From an uncultured virus (IMG/VR IMGVR_UViG_3300042922_000636) (Duplodnaviria; Heunggongvirae; Uroviricota; Caudoviricetes): a stretch of 20,000 bases of DNA. Every line of letters begins with the position of its first letter. Within the stretch, counting starts at the first letter, position 1. The DNA lies in IMG/VR virus record IMGVR_UViG_3300042922_000636; one strand, given 5' to 3'. The translations under genes and the position numbers were made by a program. The notes below the pieces were generated by a model, which made no database searches, was not told the DNA's origin, and was given only the letters and a program-made list of their open reading frames with translations. Shown one piece after another: positions 17,068-20,000 of this stretch.

Positions 17068-17546
17068 TGGACAACATCGTCGCCGTCGTGCTCGCGTGCC
17101 TGGCGCTCGCGGGGACGATCTTCGGGGCGATCGTCACGCTCGTACGCGGGCGCCGCACGGATGACCAGGGCGACCGGCAGCAGGACACCGTCGCCAACGA
17201 CCTGATCCTCAAGCTCGTCACCCACGCGAACACCGAGGTCGGGAAGTGGCAGGTCGCGTACGACAACGCCAGCGCCGAGAACACGAAGCTCCGCGCTGAC
17301 CTCGCCGAGAATCTCGCAGCCGCCGTGGACCTCCGCGACCGCATGCAGATGGCGATCGACTACCTCGTAGCGATCGCACGCGCTCAAGGGAGCGTGACGG
17401 TGCACGAGGTCATCACGTGGGCCGACACTGCCCTGGACCGAACCATCCCCATCGACGAGTTTCGCCGGCGCATGCAGCCACCGAACGAACTAGACGAAGA
17501 CACCATCCGACCGGAGCCGCCTCAGGGCGGCTTCTCACGTTCCTGA
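17067..17546 (+). CDS. Single N-terminal TM plus coiled-coil protein (lysis cassette)
   Basis: TGATG-coupled, 159 aa. MDNIVAVVLACLALAGTIFGAIVTLV then RGRR and a heptad-like region (ENTKLRADLAENL...LRDRM). Confidence 0.75.
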   Translation: MDNIVAVVLACLALAGTIFGAIVTLVRGRRTDDQGDRQQDTVANDLILKLVTHANTEVGKWQVAYDNASAENTKLRADLAENLAAAVDLRDRMQMAIDYLVAIARAQGSVTVHEVITWADTALDRTIPIDEFRRRMQPPNELDEDTIRPEPPQGGFSRS

Positions 17547-17556
17547 GGAGGAACCA

Positions 17557-18006
17557 ATGCTCTCCAACGTCCGTTCCTGGCTCACTGACCAGCGCCGCAA
17601 GGCACTGCACGCCGCGGTCGGTTCCCTCGCCGCACTGCTCGTCGCCGCCGGCTACGTGAACGACACCCAGCAGACTGCGGTCGTCGGGCTCGCTGGTTCC
17701 GTGCTGGTGCTCGTGCAGGCGCTGCTCGGACTGTCGCTGCTGCGTCCGTCCGAAGCGGCCGTGTGGTTCGACACCGTCGGCCGCGGCCTCGTCTACGGAT
17801 TCGCGGCCGCAGCGGGCGCCTTCGGTGTCGCGTTCTCCTGGTGGACTCCCGACGTGGTGACGCACTGGGCTGGCCTGATCTCGCTCGGCCTGACGGTGGT
17901 GTCGTCGTTCGTGGCGGTCGTGAACGTGCAGACCGTCATCGACGCGCGCGACGCACCTGGTGTCCCGCGGATCACCACGCTCGGCGCTCACAACGTGGAG
18001 GGCTGA
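17557..18006 (+). CDS. Holin-like protein, 4 TM, apparent internal duplication
   Basis: 149 aa, SD GAGGAGG. Two similar units: W.T...RKALH.....G and WFD...RGLVY.....W. Confidence 0.72.
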   Translation: MLSNVRSWLTDQRRKALHAAVGSLAALLVAAGYVNDTQQTAVVGLAGSVLVLVQALLGLSLLRPSEAAVWFDTVGRGLVYGFAAAAGAFGVAFSWWTPDVVTHWAGLISLGLTVVSSFVAVVNVQTVIDARDAPGVPRITTLGAHNVEG

Positions 18007-19490
18007 TGGTCTACTCGCTGTTCCGCCCCGGCGGGTGGAAGAACAAGCCGGACAAGTCGACGCCGATCTCCGGTTCGGCGATGGACCACATCGAGCAGGG
18101 TGTGCTCGCGGCATCCCAGGACGCGGACTACGCGAAGAGCCAGGTCGACGGGCGCCTGTCCGAGGAGTCGCTAAGTACGGCATTTGCTGGGGCTCCAGTC
18201 GCCTGGGTTGCGGACACCGCGTACCCGAAGAACACGATCGTGATCAATGCCGGTTCCGCGTACGTCGCGCTTGCCGCGGTTCCCGCACGGTCTACGTTCG
18301 CGCCGGCCGATTGGCAGGCTCTCGGCAGCAGTGCGACGGACGGCGTACCCGTCCTCATGCTCGGCGACAGCATCATCTTCGGGCAGGGGACGTCCCCGGC
18401 TTCGACGAACGGTGTCGTGCCGCGCACCGCGGCATGGCTGCAGTCGATCCTCGGCGGCACGTACACGCTTATCAACGCGGGTATCCAGGGCAACACAACC
18501 GGGCAGATGCTCGCTCGTCTGCCCGCCCTTTTGACGCAGCACAAGCCGAAAATCGTCACGCTGTCCGCAACCGTCAACGACAACCGGATCAACAACACCG
18601 GCACCAACGGCGAGACGGTCGCGAACCTTCGGAAGATGATCGCACTGTGCCGCCTCGCGGGAGCACGGCCGATCCTGCTCACGAACACGCCGTACGACTA
18701 CGTCCGCTTCGGATCAGCCAACTACGACGCGACCAGCGCCGCCAAGCGCATCACGCAGGTCGCAGCCGTTGTGGCACTCGCGGCCGAGCTCCGCGTCGAC
18801 CTCGCGGACCTGGATGCAGCGTTCGCGCAGGCGCCCGACTTCCCGACGACCTACACGTCAGACGGTCTCCACCCGAACAACGCCGGAGCGAACCTCTGGG
18901 CGCAGGTCATCGCGTACGCGATTGCAGCGCAGCCGCCCCTTACGGGTCTCGGCGCGACGACCACGTACGCGGCGGACAACTTCAACCGAGCAGACGGAGC
19001 ACTGGGCTCGACGCCAACCGGGAACAAGGCATGGAACGTCGCGCCCTCTGCGACAGCAGGCATCGTGGGCAACCAGCTCAAGATCCTCACCGCCACCTCC
19101 GGCACCGACAACGACGTGTACGTCGATGACGGCCAGGTCGACGGCATCATCTCGGTCAAGATGGGTTCGACTCTGGCGCAGGGTCTCGTGTTCCGGAGCA
19201 CGGGGAACAACGGGTACCTGCTCTACCGCTCGGGGGGCTCGCAGTACACCTTGGCTCGACGCACGGGGCCGAACGCCTACTCGGCCCTGCAATCGACAAC
19301 GGGTGTGACGCCGACTGTGGGCGACGTGCTGACGGTCACGCTGAGCGGCAGCAGCATCTCGGTGGCGATCAACGGTGCCGCTCAGTTCACTGTGACGAAC
19401 TCCGACTACATCGGAACTCGGCACGGAGTCTGGTGCGGTGGCACGGGAGCGGGCGCGCTGTTCGACGACTTCTCGCACGTCTCCGGGTAG
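18006..19490 (+). CDS. Modular SGNH/GDSL esterase, probable virion spike or receptor-binding protein (494 aa)
   Basis: ATG coupled to the holin stop (TGATG). N-terminal W.N.P...TPI....M.HIEQG motif, CBM5/12-like AW...TAY....V...G..Y...W segment, SGNH blocks LGDS / NAGIQGNT / VND / DGLHP, C-terminal beta-sandwich (DNFNRADG...FDDF). Confidence 0.85.
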   Translation: MVYSLFRPGGWKNKPDKSTPISGSAMDHIEQGVLAASQDADYAKSQVDGRLSEESLSTAFAGAPVAWVADTAYPKNTIVINAGSAYVALAAVPARSTFAPADWQALGSSATDGVPVLMLGDSIIFGQGTSPASTNGVVPRTAAWLQSILGGTYTLINAGIQGNTTGQMLARLPALLTQHKPKIVTLSATVNDNRINNTGTNGETVANLRKMIALCRLAGARPILLTNTPYDYVRFGSANYDATSAAKRITQVAAVVALAAELRVDLADLDAAFAQAPDFPTTYTSDGLHPNNAGANLWAQVIAYAIAAQPPLTGLGATTTYAADNFNRADGALGSTPTGNKAWNVAPSATAGIVGNQLKILTATSGTDNDVYVDDGQVDGIISVKMGSTLAQGLVFRSTGNNGYLLYRSGGSQYTLARRTGPNAYSALQSTTGVTPTVGDVLTVTLSGSSISVAINGAAQFTVTNSDYIGTRHGVWCGGTGAGALFDDFSHVSG

Positions 19491-19493
19491 CCG

Positions 19494-19733
19494 TCAGGCG
19501 GAGTGCACCGGGTTCTTGCAGGAGCATGCCCGCAGCTCGTCGTCCTCGTGCCAATGAGTGTCACCACAGACGATCAAGCGGGGCTGCAGGCGAAACCCTA
19601 GTGCGCGCATCAGGCGCCGACCGTCGCCGCGTCGCACCTCGCCGTTCGTGTGGTGACACTCGACGCACTCCGGTTGCCCCTCGCCAAGCGTGATCGGCGC
19701 GGGGGGAGCGTTGCGGGTGCGTGAGATGGACAC
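19494..19733 (-). CDS. Small Cys/His-rich hypothetical protein (79 aa), probably leaderless
   Basis: GTG at 19733 lies 6 nt downstream of TACTAT; protein contains CVECHH, C...H.H and CSC...H. Confidence 0.55.
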   Translation of the reverse strand: MSISRTRNAPPAPITLGEGQPECVECHHTNGEVRRGDGRRLMRALGFRLQPRLIVCGDTHWHEDDELRACSCKNPVHSA

Positions 19734-19739
19734 GACCGG

Positions 19740-19745
19740 ATAGTA
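19740..19745 (-). promoter_or_regulatory. Putative -10 box (TACTAT) for a leaderless transcript
   Basis: TANNNT hexamer followed by 6 nt then GTG; no convincing -35 seen. Confidence 0.5.
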
Positions 19746-19779
19746 CCGCGCGGGTCCCAGCAATGCACGAAATACTCTC

Positions 19780-19825
19780 AGCCCCTCGGGCTCGCCACCA
19801 CGGCGGGCTCGAGGGGTTCTTTCGT
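19780..19825 (+). terminator. Intrinsic terminator ending the late operon
   Basis: Stem 19780-19796/19802-19818 (17 bp, 3 G-U on + strand), loop ACCAC, 3' end runs into TTCTTTCGT. Confidence 0.8.
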
Positions 19826-19827
19826 CA

Positions 19828-19849
19828 TGTCCGGAGTGCATGCGATCAT
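19828..19849 (+). promoter_or_regulatory. Possible PafBC/RecA-NDp-type promoter (TGTCCG-N10-GATCAT)
   Basis: Exact spacing of TGTCGG-N10-TANNNT with two mismatches; 6 nt upstream of ATG 19856, which has no SD. Confidence 0.4.
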
Positions 19850-19855
19850 CCCGGC

Positions 19856-20000
19856 ATGCCCGACTGGCACCCCATCATGGCCGCCGAGGAACGCGAACCC
19901 GGCGTGTGGATCATGGTCGACCCGCTCGGGCAGGAGTACGGGCGCATCGAGATCCGCCGCACCCCGGACGGCATCCGCTACCGCGCCGAAGCGCTCGGCG
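19856..20000 (+). CDS. Hypothetical protein, 3' truncated by the window edge
   Basis: MPDWHPIMAAEEREPGVWIMVDPLGQEYGRIEIRRTPDGIRYRAEALG..., open to the end with strong GC3 bias; absent from the ORF track because it has no stop. Confidence 0.75.
   Translation, partial: MPDWHPIMAAEEREPGVWIMVDPLGQEYGRIEIRRTPDGIRYRAEALG

Noticed and set aside
12004..18005. ORF-track starts at 12004, 16504, 16677 and 17763 (also 2301, 5087, 6502, 7678)
   Set aside because: They overlap upstream genes extensively; coupled or SD-supported starts at 12304, 16621, 17067, 18006, 2388, 5480, 6727 and 7888 fit better.
1..20000. CRISPR array, diversity-generating retroelement, intron/intein, IS element
   Set aside because: No repeat-spacer array, reverse transcriptase, template/variable repeat pair, transposase or interrupted core gene was seen by eye.

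Overview
High-GC (visually about 70%) actinobacterial siphovirus or prophage late region; a Microbacteriaceae-like host is inferred, not proven. Nearly all genes lie on the + strand as one tightly coupled operon: terminase large subunit (5' truncated), portal, a 39-aa Com-like zinc ribbon, minor capsid protein, scaffold, P22-coat-type major capsid, a 50-aa peptide, an embedded tRNA-Asn(GTT), head-tail joining genes, major tail protein with an Ig-like domain, a tail assembly chaperone with a probable -1 frameshift, a 955-aa tape measure protein, four minor tail proteins, an M15-peptidase endolysin, three membrane/holin genes and a modular SGNH-esterase protein. An antisense Cys/His-rich ORF, an intrinsic terminator and the start of a leaderless gene follow. 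The gene content is mostly ordinary. The most unusual signals are at RNA level in the head region: a structured, possibly switchable scaffold leader with CAGG-loop hairpins, a hairpin-plus-tRNA element after the capsid gene, and a Com-like protein that could act on such RNA. Family assignments come from motif recognition and gene order only; no searches were run.
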